Positions 9,972 to 19,070 of a DNA stretch of 64,000 nt are shown one piece after another. Below the pieces are notes generated by a model that was given only the letters and a program-made list of their open reading frames with translations, made no database searches and was not told the DNA's origin. Position 1 is the first letter of the stretch. Each line of letters starts with the position of its first letter. Source of the DNA: Acholeplasmataceae bacterium (GTDB lineage: Bacteria; Bacillota_I; Bacilli_A; Acholeplasmatales; Acholeplasmataceae); assembly GCA_963675245.1 (NCBI GenBank), contig OY775910.1, forward strand, positions 128,001 to 192,000, written 5' to 3'. A program made the position numbers and the translations under genes.

Positions 9972-10026
9972 TTAGTACCTCCGCTTCATTCATTCATACT
10001 ATGGGGGGGACACATGAATGATTTTT

Positions 10027-10554
10027 TTAAAATTCGATATCTTCTGAATCTACTTCCTTAGAAATTGTATCTGGTCTATGTTCCCACTTGATTTTAAGCA
10101 ATTTCTTTTCTTCTAGATTCTCTAATAAACGTTGTTGATCGTAACTTAAGAAGTGTGTAATATATAACCCTTTTTTGAAAATTATTTCTATAGATTTATA
10201 TTCACCTTCCATGTTCGAGTAGGACCCAGTTACAAACCGAACTGGAACATTTCTATTCCATTCAGTAAGATCCCTACCTTTTTTGTCTTCAAGCTCAAGT
10301 CCTACTTCCAAAATAATTAGATTGAATAATTCGTTTGAAATAAAATCTTTCGGACCACCAGCTCTAAGATTTAATTGTCTTAAGAACTTGTTATGGAGGT
10401 TAAGATAGATAGATGCCATCTCTCTGCCATTACGATAAACCTTTGTAAATTTGACCGGATACTTTTCAAGTTTTGATACAATTGGTGCTGTTAAATCACT
10501 GAGTTTTACAAATTCTGGTACTTTTTTGGTTTCTTTTGTCTCTGTTGTTGCCAT
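10027..10554 (-). CDS. Hypothetical protein, first gene of provirus operon (possibly ssDNA-binding)
   Basis: AAAGGAG RBS, basic body with acidic tail DSEDIEF; function inferred from position only. Confidence 0.6.
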   Translation of the reverse strand: MATTETKETKKVPEFVKLSDLTAPIVSKLEKYPVKFTKVYRNGREMASIYLNLHNKFLRQLNLRAGGPKDFISNELFNLIILEVGLELEDKKGRDLTEWNRNVPVRFVTGSYSNMEGEYKSIEIIFKKGLYITHFLSYDQQRLLENLEEKKLLKIKWEHRPDTISKEVDSEDIEF

Positions 10555-10714
10555 TTTTATTTCTCCTTTTTGTTTTTTGTTGTATACTTAATTCGGAAGC
10601 ATCCTTCTCGGCTTTTGAGCCAATAAGAGTTTTGTACTCATAGGATTGCTTCTTTTTTTGACTTGTCACTACTAAAGATATATAATCAAACTGTATTGAT
10701 GAAAGGATGATTTT

Positions 10715-10897
10715 ATGCCAAAAGATAAACCTATTTATATTGATCCTATACATGTGATTGATGGATGCCCTGAATTAAAACCAACAAACTACACTCATGT
10801 TTCCATATCAGATTCTATGCATATCAGAGATGGTGAAGGTAGTGTAGTAGAACTATCCGAATTTGAAGTAGTCAGTGGTGAATTAGAAGATAAATAG
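10715..10897 (+). CDS. Small acidic hypothetical protein
   Basis: GAAAGGA RBS before ATG; divergent from the main operon. Confidence 0.4.
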   Translation: MPKDKPIYIDPIHVIDGCPELKPTNYTHVSISDSMHIRDGEGSVVELSEFEVVSGELEDK

Positions 10898-10937
10898 AAC
10901 TATTGACATTTAGTTTTATCTGAAGTAATATTGAGTC

Positions 10938-11006
10938 ATAGCAATTGATTTTATCGGTCGTAGGGAATCGTAACCTACCAGCTAATAGAATTGATTGCTT
11001 TTTTTT
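10938..11006 (+). ncRNA. Candidate ~70-nt countertranscript RNA
   Basis: TTGACA(10903)-17-TAATAT(10926), then stem GCAATTGATT/AATTGATTGC with inner GTAGG/CCTAC, then T8. Confidence 0.5.
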
Positions 11007-11186
11007 ATGGAGAGATTCGCCACTGGATGGATCTATCCAGAGACGAATCATTTCCTATTCAGTTGTCAAAGATCGTGACGGTTCCTTTTTGAAAACAAAA
11101 AACGAACCTACTAATAGATCCGTTGCTTACTTTAATTTTATGACCTTTTTTTACTCGAAATCCGTTAATTATAACTGGGACCCAAA

Positions 11187-11233
11187 GACTCTTAATCAGT
11201 GGGTCTACGGTTCGATCCCGTAAGGGGGTACCA
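11187..11233 (+). repeat. att repeat 1: 3' half of tRNA-Lys(CTT)
   Basis: GACTCTTAATCAGTGGGTCTACGGTTCGATCCCGTAAGGGGGTACCA: anticodon loop CTT, T-arm TACGG-TTCGATC-CCGTA, CCA; no 5' half upstream. Confidence 0.92.
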
Positions 11234-11305
11234 TATTACAATAAGACGAATCTTGAGCAAAGCATAACACCCAAGATATGCTCCGTGACATTTCATCACA
11301 CATCT

Positions 11306-11334
11306 ATGATAAAACAATAAATTTGCTTTGTCAA
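11306..11334 (-). promoter_or_regulatory. Leftward sigma-70 promoter facing att1
   Basis: Minus strand TTGACA-17-TATCAT; same hexamers and spacing in cassettes 2 and 3. Confidence 0.75.
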
Positions 11335-11354
11335 TAAGAAAGGAGCATTTTAAA

Positions 11355-11567
11355 ATGCACAAGTTAAAAAAGATTCGTACTGATAAGGGTTTATCACAAA
11401 CCCAGGTTGCTAAGATTCTAGGTGTTGATAGAAGCTCAATATCTAACTATGAGAGAGGGACAAGGAAACTTGATCAAGATCAAATAGTTGCATTAGTCAA
11501 GGCTTTGAATACAACAGCTGATTACTTCCTAGGACTGTCTGAGACCGAAAAGAAAGAGCAACATTAA
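11355..11567 (+). CDS. XRE-family HTH repressor, copy 1
   Basis: LKKIR..KGLSQTQVAKILGVDRSSISNYERG; AAAGGAG RBS before ATG 11355. Confidence 0.92.
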   Translation: MHKLKKIRTDKGLSQTQVAKILGVDRSSISNYERGTRKLDQDQIVALVKALNTTADYFLGLSETEKKEQH

Positions 11568-11618
11568 ATTGCTCTTTTTTTATTAAATTGATTTATATAA
11601 TCTAAAATTTTGTTTGTC

Positions 11619-12170
11619 TTATACGATTTCTTCAAAATATTCTTCATTTGTTTTAGTATCCGAGACAGCATTGAAAATAAAAGTAAATACTGAATCCTCA
11701 TCAAATTCATTTTCAATACCCTCTAGTGAAGCTGATAAAATATAATCAAAAAATAATTCTATGGATTCTTCTTTTAATTTATATCCAAATTGTTTCATTG
11801 TTAATATTGCACTAATATAATTAATAATAACCTCATTATTAAAGCAGTTATATTTGCGTACTTTTTCAAATACAGTTAGTTTATTATTTTGAAATACATC
11901 AATAATTTGTTCTGGTGATAAACATTTATTCATGTAAAATTCTAAAATGTCTACTAACTCTTTATCAGCTAAAACTTTAGATTTAATAGTTTTTATACCA
12001 GTTATTATTTCATCAGTTGTTTCATTATATTTTTCATTATGATGCCAATAATAATTTAGTATAAATTCCATATATGCAAAACATCCTTCTGAATTTTCCG
12101 ATATAAATTTATTATAATCTAAAGATAATTTAAATCTACGTGCTCTAAATTGGTTAAGTTCGTATAACAT
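11619..12170 (-). CDS. Hypothetical protein (cassette 1 cargo)
   Basis: 183-aa ORF with AGGGG RBS; no motif recognised. Confidence 0.6.
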   Translation of the reverse strand: MLYELNQFRARRFKLSLDYNKFISENSEGCFAYMEFILNYYWHHNEKYNETTDEIITGIKTIKSKVLADKELVDILEFYMNKCLSPEQIIDVFQNNKLTVFEKVRKYNCFNNEVIINYISAILTMKQFGYKLKEESIELFFDYILSASLEGIENEFDEDSVFTFIFNAVSDTKTNEEYFEEIV

Positions 12171-12199
12171 ATTCTTTGTTCCCCTATTATTATTCTTTT

Positions 12200-12496
12200 T
12201 TATTTTCTTATAATGTTTTTTATTTTATCTTTGTAAACCATAAGATCTGGATACTTCTCATTTGTATATTTATATAAACCATTTATTATCAAATCAATAC
12301 TAATTGATCTTAAGCTACTCTTTAAATAATCTAAATCATGATGATCTTCAGAAAGATATTCCAGCATCATTTTAAATAAATTTATAAAAGTCTCTGCAAT
12401 TGGATCAGCTATTCCCTTGCCTTGTTTTAAAAAATAATAATGTGCTGTATTACTATTAAAAGAATTCAGTAATTCTAATGCATTAGTTCTAGACAT
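12200..12496 (-). CDS. Hypothetical protein (cassette 1 cargo)
   Basis: 98-aa ORF, AAAGGA upstream. Confidence 0.5.
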   Translation of the reverse strand: MSRTNALELLNSFNSNTAHYYFLKQGKGIADPIAETFINLFKMMLEYLSEDHHDLDYLKSSLRSISIDLIINGLYKYTNEKYPDLMVYKDKIKNIIRK

Positions 12497-12630
12497 TTAA
12501 TATTTTTATTCCTTTCGTTATTTTATCAAAGATAGATTCTTACAATTTGTGTTCACTTTATTGATTTATATAAATGGTTATACGCTTAATCATCAAGATT
12601 CATCATCAAATTCATTAATTTCATAAGCTA

Positions 12631-13452
12631 TTAATATTTATCTCTTTTCCCTTTGTTGCATCTCTCACACAAAGTTTGAAGATTGTCATCTGTTGACTTT
12701 CCACCTTTTGATACAGGCTTAATATGGTCAACTTCCAAACGAACTCCAGCGGCAGCTGTCGCCCCACAAATGCAACACCTGAAACCATCTCTTTTCATTA
12801 TCTCGTAACGTTTATCATCTGAAAGAATAGCGCGTTGTTGTTGTATAAATGTCATTTTTCCTTCTTTTTCCAACGCCACTCGATAACATTCTAAAATATC
12901 ACTAAACTCGTATCTTTCATTTCTATCATAGTCACCATACTGCGATGTTGCCATTAAATGCAATATAACACTTGGAAATCGTGGGTCATAAGTTTTTTTG
13001 CTAAGCAACTCTTCTTCATACTTTTTAAGTTCTTTAAATCTATTTTCGGTTGTCGATCCAAAATTTTTGGCAAACCAATTTCTATTATCATGAGGTGCAG
13101 TTGAGATATCCTTATAAAGTCTCTTTACCTCAAAAACCTTTAAAACTTTCTTTTTATATTCATTAAATATCATAAAAATATCAATGTATTTATTAACTAA
13201 TGATTTGTAAATTATCATCTCTCCAAATATTTTCCCAGATAAATATGCTTTAAAGTCAAACGAACTACCAAAAATGAATGAACCACCGAAATATGATTTC
13301 CCATATTTTGCTTTACTTGTGCGTTTTTCGTATTTTATCGGTTCTACTTTTATAGCATCAAAATTATAGTTGTTGTATTTTTTGTTAATCGTCTCAATTT
13401 CCAGCCACATTATATTATTTCTTATGCTTGTTTTTGCATCTTTAAATTGCAT
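12631..13452 (-). CDS. HNH endonuclease domain protein
   Basis: C-terminal CCICG...LEVDHIKPVSKGG...NLQTLCERCN. Confidence 0.88.
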   Translation of the reverse strand: MQFKDAKTSIRNNIMWLEIETINKKYNNYNFDAIKVEPIKYEKRTSKAKYGKSYFGGSFIFGSSFDFKAYLSGKIFGEMIIYKSLVNKYIDIFMIFNEYKKKVLKVFEVKRLYKDISTAPHDNRNWFAKNFGSTTENRFKELKKYEEELLSKKTYDPRFPSVILHLMATSQYGDYDRNERYEFSDILECYRVALEKEGKMTFIQQQRAILSDDKRYEIMKRDGFRCCICGATAAAGVRLEVDHIKPVSKGGKSTDDNLQTLCERCNKGKRDKY

Positions 13453-13725
13453 ATTGTCTCCATTTGAACATATAAATTTTCATATGTATTTCTTCAATAA
13501 GATTTTGAAAATGGTACATTACTTATTAATAGTATACTATTTTTATGGATTAATTTATAATGTTAATTTGTCTATCAAAATATTTTAACACTCACTAATT
13601 ATACATCTTACTAATAACCTTTTGCTTTATCAAAGGACTAAAATATGAAATATAAAGTAAAGACTAATAATTAGTTTTTTGTATAACTATTCTATCAATG
13701 TTGTAAAAATGAAATATGGAAAAGT

Positions 13726-14682
13726 TTATTCTTTTACATCAGTAAATGGTGGGTTAAACAATCTCATTTCTGATGTTGGACCATCATTTGAAATCTCTAA
13801 TTTTTCATTTAAATGACCATGTAATATTTCAGAAGCAATTTCTCTTATCTTTTCGAAGGGTTCCCCAAGAACATCATAATAGTTATCAAAAATTTTAATT
13901 AAGTCATCAATTATGTTCGTTTCAAAGTAAATATGTTGAAGATATTGAATATCAGAAGAAAAATAATCGTTATCCATCCATGAATAACCATGTAATAATA
14001 ACTCTCTTATTTTTTTATGCATTTCAATATCTATGTTCCACGAAAAACCTCGGCCATAAATAGTTTTACTAATCATTGTTTTTTCAGCATATGTTATATG
14101 AAATGAATATCCTGAATCAATAATTATTTTTGGAAACATGTGAAATACATTACCACTATATGTCTTTAAATCATAATAAATTGAAATATTAGGTCCTCTT
14201 TGTCGTGGATCAAATAAATATCCAATGGTTTTTTTAGTGTAATCAAATTCGGAATTGAGTTCTTTATAATCTAGATACAGTTTGTAAGGTTTATTTAGAG
14301 CGACTATTTCTGTAGACAAGCAACTAAACAATTCTTTTAAATAACTCGTATAAGTGTCATTACTAATGTAATATTTTCCTATAGATTTTGAATAATCATT
14401 AAATCTTTGTATTTTATTTTCCCACAAGATCATTTCTGTCTTTTTTAAGTTTTCTAATTTTTCAAAATCATATTCATTTGGAATGAAAATCTCCAATTCA
14501 TCATCTGGCTTATTTTGATTTTGCTCCCAACAATCATCACATAGCCAATATCTATGTCTTTTAAATTCTCTCATGATAGACTGATGCCTTTGAGAAAAAG
14601 TGTTTGATGAAACCAAAACATCTGCATTGTATCGTCTACTACAAATCTTACAAATTCTTGTATCGGGTAAATACATTGGCAT
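13726..14682 (-). CDS. Hypothetical protein with N-terminal CxxC...CxxC
   Basis: CKIC and CDDC; starts 1 nt after the sigma factor stop. Confidence 0.65.
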   Translation of the reverse strand: MPMYLPDTRICKICSRRYNADVLVSSNTFSQRHQSIMREFKRHRYWLCDDCWEQNQNKPDDELEIFIPNEYDFEKLENLKKTEMILWENKIQRFNDYSKSIGKYYISNDTYTSYLKELFSCLSTEIVALNKPYKLYLDYKELNSEFDYTKKTIGYLFDPRQRGPNISIYYDLKTYSGNVFHMFPKIIIDSGYSFHITYAEKTMISKTIYGRGFSWNIDIEMHKKIRELLLHGYSWMDNDYFSSDIQYLQHIYFETNIIDDLIKIFDNYYDVLGEPFEKIREIASEILHGHLNEKLEISNDGPTSEMRLFNPPFTDVKE

Positions 14683-14683
14683 C

Positions 14684-15586
14684 TCATATCACCTTTTTTA
14701 ATTTTTTGATTGCTCTACTTTGAATCTGTCTAACTCGTTCTCTAGATATTCCAAATAAGTCTCCAACTTCTCCTAGAGTTTTTTCATCATAATCTATGCC
14801 AAATCTCATTTTAATAATTGCTTGTTCTCGTCTATCTAAAACTTGTAAGATATCATCCACAAATTCATCAAGCTCTTTTTCATTATTGTATTCTTCTGGA
14901 TTCTTATTTTTCTTGTCTTCTGTGAAATCTAGAAGTCTGGAATTATCTTCTCCTACACTTTGATCTAAAGATATCGCATCATCACTACACAAATAAACTA
15001 TCTTTAATGACGGTATTGATATATTTGTTAATTTTGAAACTGTTTCAATATCGGGTTCTACACCATTTTCTTTTATATATTTAATAGTCGCTTTTTTAAT
15101 AATAGCTAATGAATCATATATATGTACTGGAATCCTAATTGTTCTAGCTGTATTAGAAATTGACCTTGAAATGAATTGTCTAATCCACCAAGTTGCATAT
15201 GTTGAAAGTCTGTATCCTTTTTCAACTTGAAATCTGTCTATAGCTTTCATCAAACCCATATTTCCTTCTTGAATAAGATCCATCATGGGAACATTCGTAT
15301 ATCTATATTTCTTAGCTATATTCACTACCAATCTTAAATTTGAAACAACCAATTTATCTCTGGCTTCTTTTCCAAGTTCTATAATTTTTTCATCTTTAGA
15401 TTTACGAGCTGCCAATACTTTACCAGCAAGTTCAATTTCTTCTTCCTTAGTCAGTAATCGAATTTTACCAATATCCTTTAAATATACACTTAAAGAATCA
15501 TTTAAATTAACTAGATCTTTTGAATTTATTAATTCTGTATCCGATCCTTCTAATTCATGATTGTTCAATACATTTTTCGATTTCAA
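14684..15586 (-). CDS. RpoD-like sigma-70 factor lacking region 1.1
   Basis: YLKDIGKIRLLTKEEE (1.2), DLIQEGNMGLMKA and STYATWWIRQ (2), ISRERVRQI (4.2); TTG start after GGGAG. Confidence 0.92.
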   Translation of the reverse strand: MKSKNVLNNHELEGSDTELINSKDLVNLNDSLSVYLKDIGKIRLLTKEEEIELAGKVLAARKSKDEKIIELGKEARDKLVVSNLRLVVNIAKKYRYTNVPMMDLIQEGNMGLMKAIDRFQVEKGYRLSTYATWWIRQFISRSISNTARTIRIPVHIYDSLAIIKKATIKYIKENGVEPDIETVSKLTNISIPSLKIVYLCSDDAISLDQSVGEDNSRLLDFTEDKKNKNPEEYNNEKELDEFVDDILQVLDRREQAIIKMRFGIDYDEKTLGEVGDLFGISRERVRQIQSRAIKKLKKVI

Positions 15587-15815
15587 ATAGTTTCTCCCAA
15601 TCTATTTTTATTTTTGTATCTCTTAACATACGAATTATACATAGCTAAAAAACTTTGTCAAGGGGTGTATTTTAAAAAATTTTTTGATAATACATAAATT
15701 AATTCTCCCCCAGAAATGCATTGATGTCTATATATTTATTATACACTGCACAAGTATATAAAAAAAGCACTTAAATAAGTGCAATAATTAACTAATTAAT
15801 TTGTAAAACTTCCTA

Positions 15816-15861
15816 ACTCTTAATCAGTGGGTCTACGGTTCGATCCCGTAAGGGGGTACCA
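15816..15861 (+). repeat. att repeat 2 (tRNA-Lys 3' half)
   Basis: 46 bp identical to repeat 1 from ACTCTT to CCA. Confidence 0.92.
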
Positions 15862-15933
15862 AAATACAATAACGAGACTTAAGCAAAGCATTACTCCGCG
15901 AAGAGTTGCTCCGTGACATTTCATCACACATCT

Positions 15934-15962
15934 ATGATAAAACAAAACATTTGCTTTGTCAA
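15934..15962 (-). promoter_or_regulatory. Leftward promoter facing att2
   Basis: Minus strand TTGACA-17-TATCAT. Confidence 0.75.
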
Positions 15963-15982
15963 TAAGAAAGGAGCATTTTAAA

Positions 15983-16195
15983 ATGCACAAGCTAAAAAAG
16001 ATTCGTACTGATAAGGGGTTATCACAAACCCAGGTTGCTAAAATTCTAGGTGTTGATAGAAGCTCAATATCTAACTATGAGAGAGGGACAAGGAAACTTG
16101 ACCAAGATCAAATAGTTGCATTAGTCAAAGCTTTAAATACAACAGCAGATTACTTCCTAGGATTGTCAGAAACCAATGAAAAAGGACAGAAATAA
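15983..16195 (+). CDS. XRE-family HTH repressor, copy 2
   Basis: First 64 aa identical to copy 1. Confidence 0.92.
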   Translation: MHKLKKIRTDKGLSQTQVAKILGVDRSSISNYERGTRKLDQDQIVALVKALNTTADYFLGLSETNEKGQK

Positions 16196-16271
16196 AAATT
16201 TTGTCCTTTTTTAACTGAACGTTTTAACAAAACAATTTCTAAGCTGCTCTTTTTTAGGTAATATTGAAAAA

Positions 16272-16433
16272 TTATTTATTTTCTAACTTTAAATAACCAG
16301 CTAAAAACATTATAACAAATATAACTAACAATACCCTTGCACCAACTTCAGTTCTATAAATTGCTACAGTCATTACAATTATTCCTATGATACCAATTAT
16401 TGTAAGAGCGATATTTATTTTTTTTGAATTCAT
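16272..16433 (-). CDS. 53-aa two-TM protein
   Basis: Below ORF-track cutoff; my translation MNSKKINIALTIIGIIGIIVMTVAIYRTEVGARVLLVIFVIMFLAGYLKLENK; AGAGGTG RBS. Confidence 0.65.
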   Translation of the reverse strand: MNSKKINIALTIIGIIGIIVMTVAIYRTEVGARVLLVIFVIMFLAGYLKLENK

Positions 16434-16442
16434 AATCACCTC

Positions 16443-17477
16443 TTAATAATCTGATAAATCATTGAAACCAATTGTATAACCTATTGAATTGAATTCTGGT
16501 ACTGGTTCTAAACTAATTCCGCTATAAGTTACATATGGATAAATCGGTGTCAATGTAATTCTTCCTGGATCTATTTTCCATCCGGAAAACTGGTGAACAT
16601 AAGTTCCTAAAATATCAATTGAATTAATTTCACTAGTTGATGGAATAAGTACTGTTTCAAACTCAAACTGCAATTCTGATACAATTTGTCCTTGTGTAAA
16701 CATTAAACCGAAATCAGAATATGTTATAAAAAATGATTCAGGAACTTCGTAAGGTACCATAATTGTTCGTTCGTTTGGAGTGTACTCATAAATATCATCA
16801 TCAGAACCAACAACAACTTCTTCTCTATCTTCATCAATTGATACAAACATTTCTCCATTTACTACAGTGTAATTAAACAGATGATATTGCATTTTCGAAT
16901 ATATTTTAGCGTGTTCTTCAGAACCAGCAGGGTAGTTTCCATTAATATCCGGTAAAACTTCTTCATTATTATTATAGTAGACAAACTTTGGCTTAAATAA
17001 TTCAGTATATGCTATATTTAGCAGGTCAATTAAACCATCGTCTTGCACTGAATCCCATTCAACTTTCATCCAATAATATAGTTCACCATATTGACCATAT
17101 GTTGGGAAATAAGTTGCTTGAATACTAATTGAAAAAAAACTGTTATTATTATATCCATCCTTTGATATCATCGGTGGAACATCTCCACCACCACCTGAAT
17201 CTCCACCATCATCAAATTCAAATCCAGCCCCTAAAACACTATAAGAAATAATATCATTTAATTCTTTCTCTTTATCGTCCTTATATTTCTTTAATTTCTT
17301 TTGATATTCTTCCTTTGAAAGATTGTGAATTGTGCTTACAGTCTTTCCATCGACTTCATTATTAATTTTTTGATAGTATTCTTTAACTTCATAGGTATAA
17401 CTTTCAATCGCACCAAATGAATTAATAGATAATCCCATAAAAATAAACACTAATAGAAATAATATAATCTTTTTCAT
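16443..17477 (-). CDS. Secreted hypothetical protein
   Basis: MKKIILFLL signal peptide after GGGAGGGG; Gly-rich linker DDGGDSGGGGD. Confidence 0.7.
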   Translation of the reverse strand: MKKIILFLLVFIFMGLSINSFGAIESYTYEVKEYYQKINNEVDGKTVSTIHNLSKEEYQKKLKKYKDDKEKELNDIISYSVLGAGFEFDDGGDSGGGGDVPPMISKDGYNNNSFFSISIQATYFPTYGQYGELYYWMKVEWDSVQDDGLIDLLNIAYTELFKPKFVYYNNNEEVLPDINGNYPAGSEEHAKIYSKMQYHLFNYTVVNGEMFVSIDEDREEVVVGSDDDIYEYTPNERTIMVPYEVPESFFITYSDFGLMFTQGQIVSELQFEFETVLIPSTSEINSIDILGTYVHQFSGWKIDPGRITLTPIYPYVTYSGISLEPVPEFNSIGYTIGFNDLSDY

Positions 17478-17543
17478 TGCCCCTCCCAAGTTTTTTTTCA
17501 TTTTATCATATATTAACAGATATATCAATTGAAGTCTTTTTTT

Positions 17544-18761
17544 CTATATCTTACTAATAGGATATGCAATAACATCTTTTGTTAGATACATTGGATTTTC
17601 TATCATCGATAATAGATATTGTCCACCAATCACTATATCACCTTTATTCTTGATTGTATCAAAATTCTTTATCATATGTAATGATGGATGTGAAGTTTTC
17701 TTCACTTCAACTAAATATAACTTGCCATTTTGCTCTAGTACTATATCCACTTCATTTTGATCCCTATCTCTATAGAACATGAGATTTGGTTCAATACCTT
17801 TATTACGGTATGATTTTATAATTTCAGAAATCGCATATGTTTGGAGCATGAATCCTGACATTGCGCCACTTTCTAATACTTCTGAAGTTTGCCACTTCAA
17901 CAAGAATGAAGCAAGTCCAGTGTCCATAAAATATAATGTCGGTGTTTTTACTGCTCTAGATAATAAATTGTTTGAATAAGGTTTAGCAATATATACAATT
18001 GAAGATGCTTCTAATACGCTTAACCAGCTCATTGCTGTTTTTAAATCGATGCCGACTTCACTTGCAATTGAAGCATAATTTAGTAATTGTCCAGTTCTAG
18101 CTGCAACTGCAACCATAAATACAGAAAAACGATTCAAGTCTCTAATATTGATGATTTCTCTTACGTCTCTTTCAATATATGTAGACACATATGAACGATA
18201 AAACAGTTGCCAATCCATCATTTTATTTTCATATAATTCTGGATATGATCCTCGATGAATGATTGACCATATATTACTATTAAACGACTTTCTTTGATTG
18301 CTGATATATGCTATATCTGGTACAAAAACATCTTGAAAAGATTCTGTATTTATTTCTCTAAGTGATAAACCGGAAAGTGATAAAATACCGACTCGACCAG
18401 CGAGTGATTCAGATACATGATGCATCAAAGAAAATGTTTGCGAACCAGTTAATATGATTTGTCCTTTTTTCTCACTTTGATCAGCTAATAATTTAAGATA
18501 AGGAAATATCTCTTTAACTTTTTGTACTTCATCTATGATGATAGGCAATGTATGTGTTTGAAAAAATAATGCTGGATCACGTTTTATTTGCTCTTGAATT
18601 AGCACATCATCTAGAGATACATATTGATGAGTGTTACCAAATATTTTTTTAATGATTGTTGTTTTACCAACTTGTCTTTGTCCAGTCACCAATATGATTT
18701 TGAACATTTCTGACATTTTAAGCAAAATATCTTCAGCATGTCGTTTTATATAGTTCATCAT
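17544..18761 (-). CDS. AAA_14/DUF4143-type ATPase
   Basis: GQRQVGKT, IIIDEVQ, LTGSQ, LYFMDTG, EVD...VEVK nuclease-like tail. Confidence 0.88.
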   Translation of the reverse strand: MMNYIKRHAEDILLKMSEMFKIILVTGQRQVGKTTIIKKIFGNTHQYVSLDDVLIQEQIKRDPALFFQTHTLPIIIDEVQKVKEIFPYLKLLADQSEKKGQIILTGSQTFSLMHHVSESLAGRVGILSLSGLSLREINTESFQDVFVPDIAYISNQRKSFNSNIWSIIHRGSYPELYENKMMDWQLFYRSYVSTYIERDVREIINIRDLNRFSVFMVAVAARTGQLLNYASIASEVGIDLKTAMSWLSVLEASSIVYIAKPYSNNLLSRAVKTPTLYFMDTGLASFLLKWQTSEVLESGAMSGFMLQTYAISEIIKSYRNKGIEPNLMFYRDRDQNEVDIVLEQNGKLYLVEVKKTSHPSLHMIKNFDTIKNKGDIVIGGQYLLSMIENPMYLTKDVIAYPISKI

Positions 18762-18904
18762 TAACCTCCGTCTAATATGGAATTCAATTCCATTTTAGCC
18801 GTTACATTATGTTTTGTCAATTGTTTTCATTATTAATACCTATACAAACGGAGTTTTTCGTTATGTTTTACTGGAGTGATTTGGTATTATTATCAAACCT
18901 TGTA

Positions 18905-18950
18905 ACTCTTAATCAGTGGGTCTACGGTTCGATCCCGTAAGGGGGTACCA
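18905..18950 (+). repeat. att repeat 3 (tRNA-Lys 3' half)
   Basis: 46 bp identical to repeats 1 and 2. Confidence 0.92.
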
Positions 18951-19022
18951 AATTACAATTAAATGGACTTAAGCAAAGCATACTCCGCAAGAACTGCTCC
19001 GCGACGATATGTCACTACATCT

Positions 19023-19051
19023 ATGATAAAACAATAAAATTGCTTTGTCAA
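19023..19051 (-). promoter_or_regulatory. Leftward promoter facing att3
   Basis: Minus strand TTGACA-17-TATCAT. Confidence 0.75.
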
Positions 19052-19070
19052 TAAGAAAGGAGCATTTAAT

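Larger units (their letters stand above)
1..11233 (-). mobile_element. Integrated provirus-like element (inovirus/plectrovirus- or plasmavirus-like); left end outside window
   Basis: Co-oriented tyrosine integrase, Rep_trans initiator, N-terminally anchored P-loop ATPase, procoat-like and membrane-anchored proteins; right boundary is a tRNA-Lys 3' duplication. Confidence 0.8.

Noticed and set aside
10945..11223. 92-aa ORF in the track
   Set aside because: No RBS; runs through hairpins and the att repeat
14684..15586. Housekeeping rpoD
   Set aside because: Lacks region 1.1, no dnaG neighbour, lies inside an att-bounded cassette
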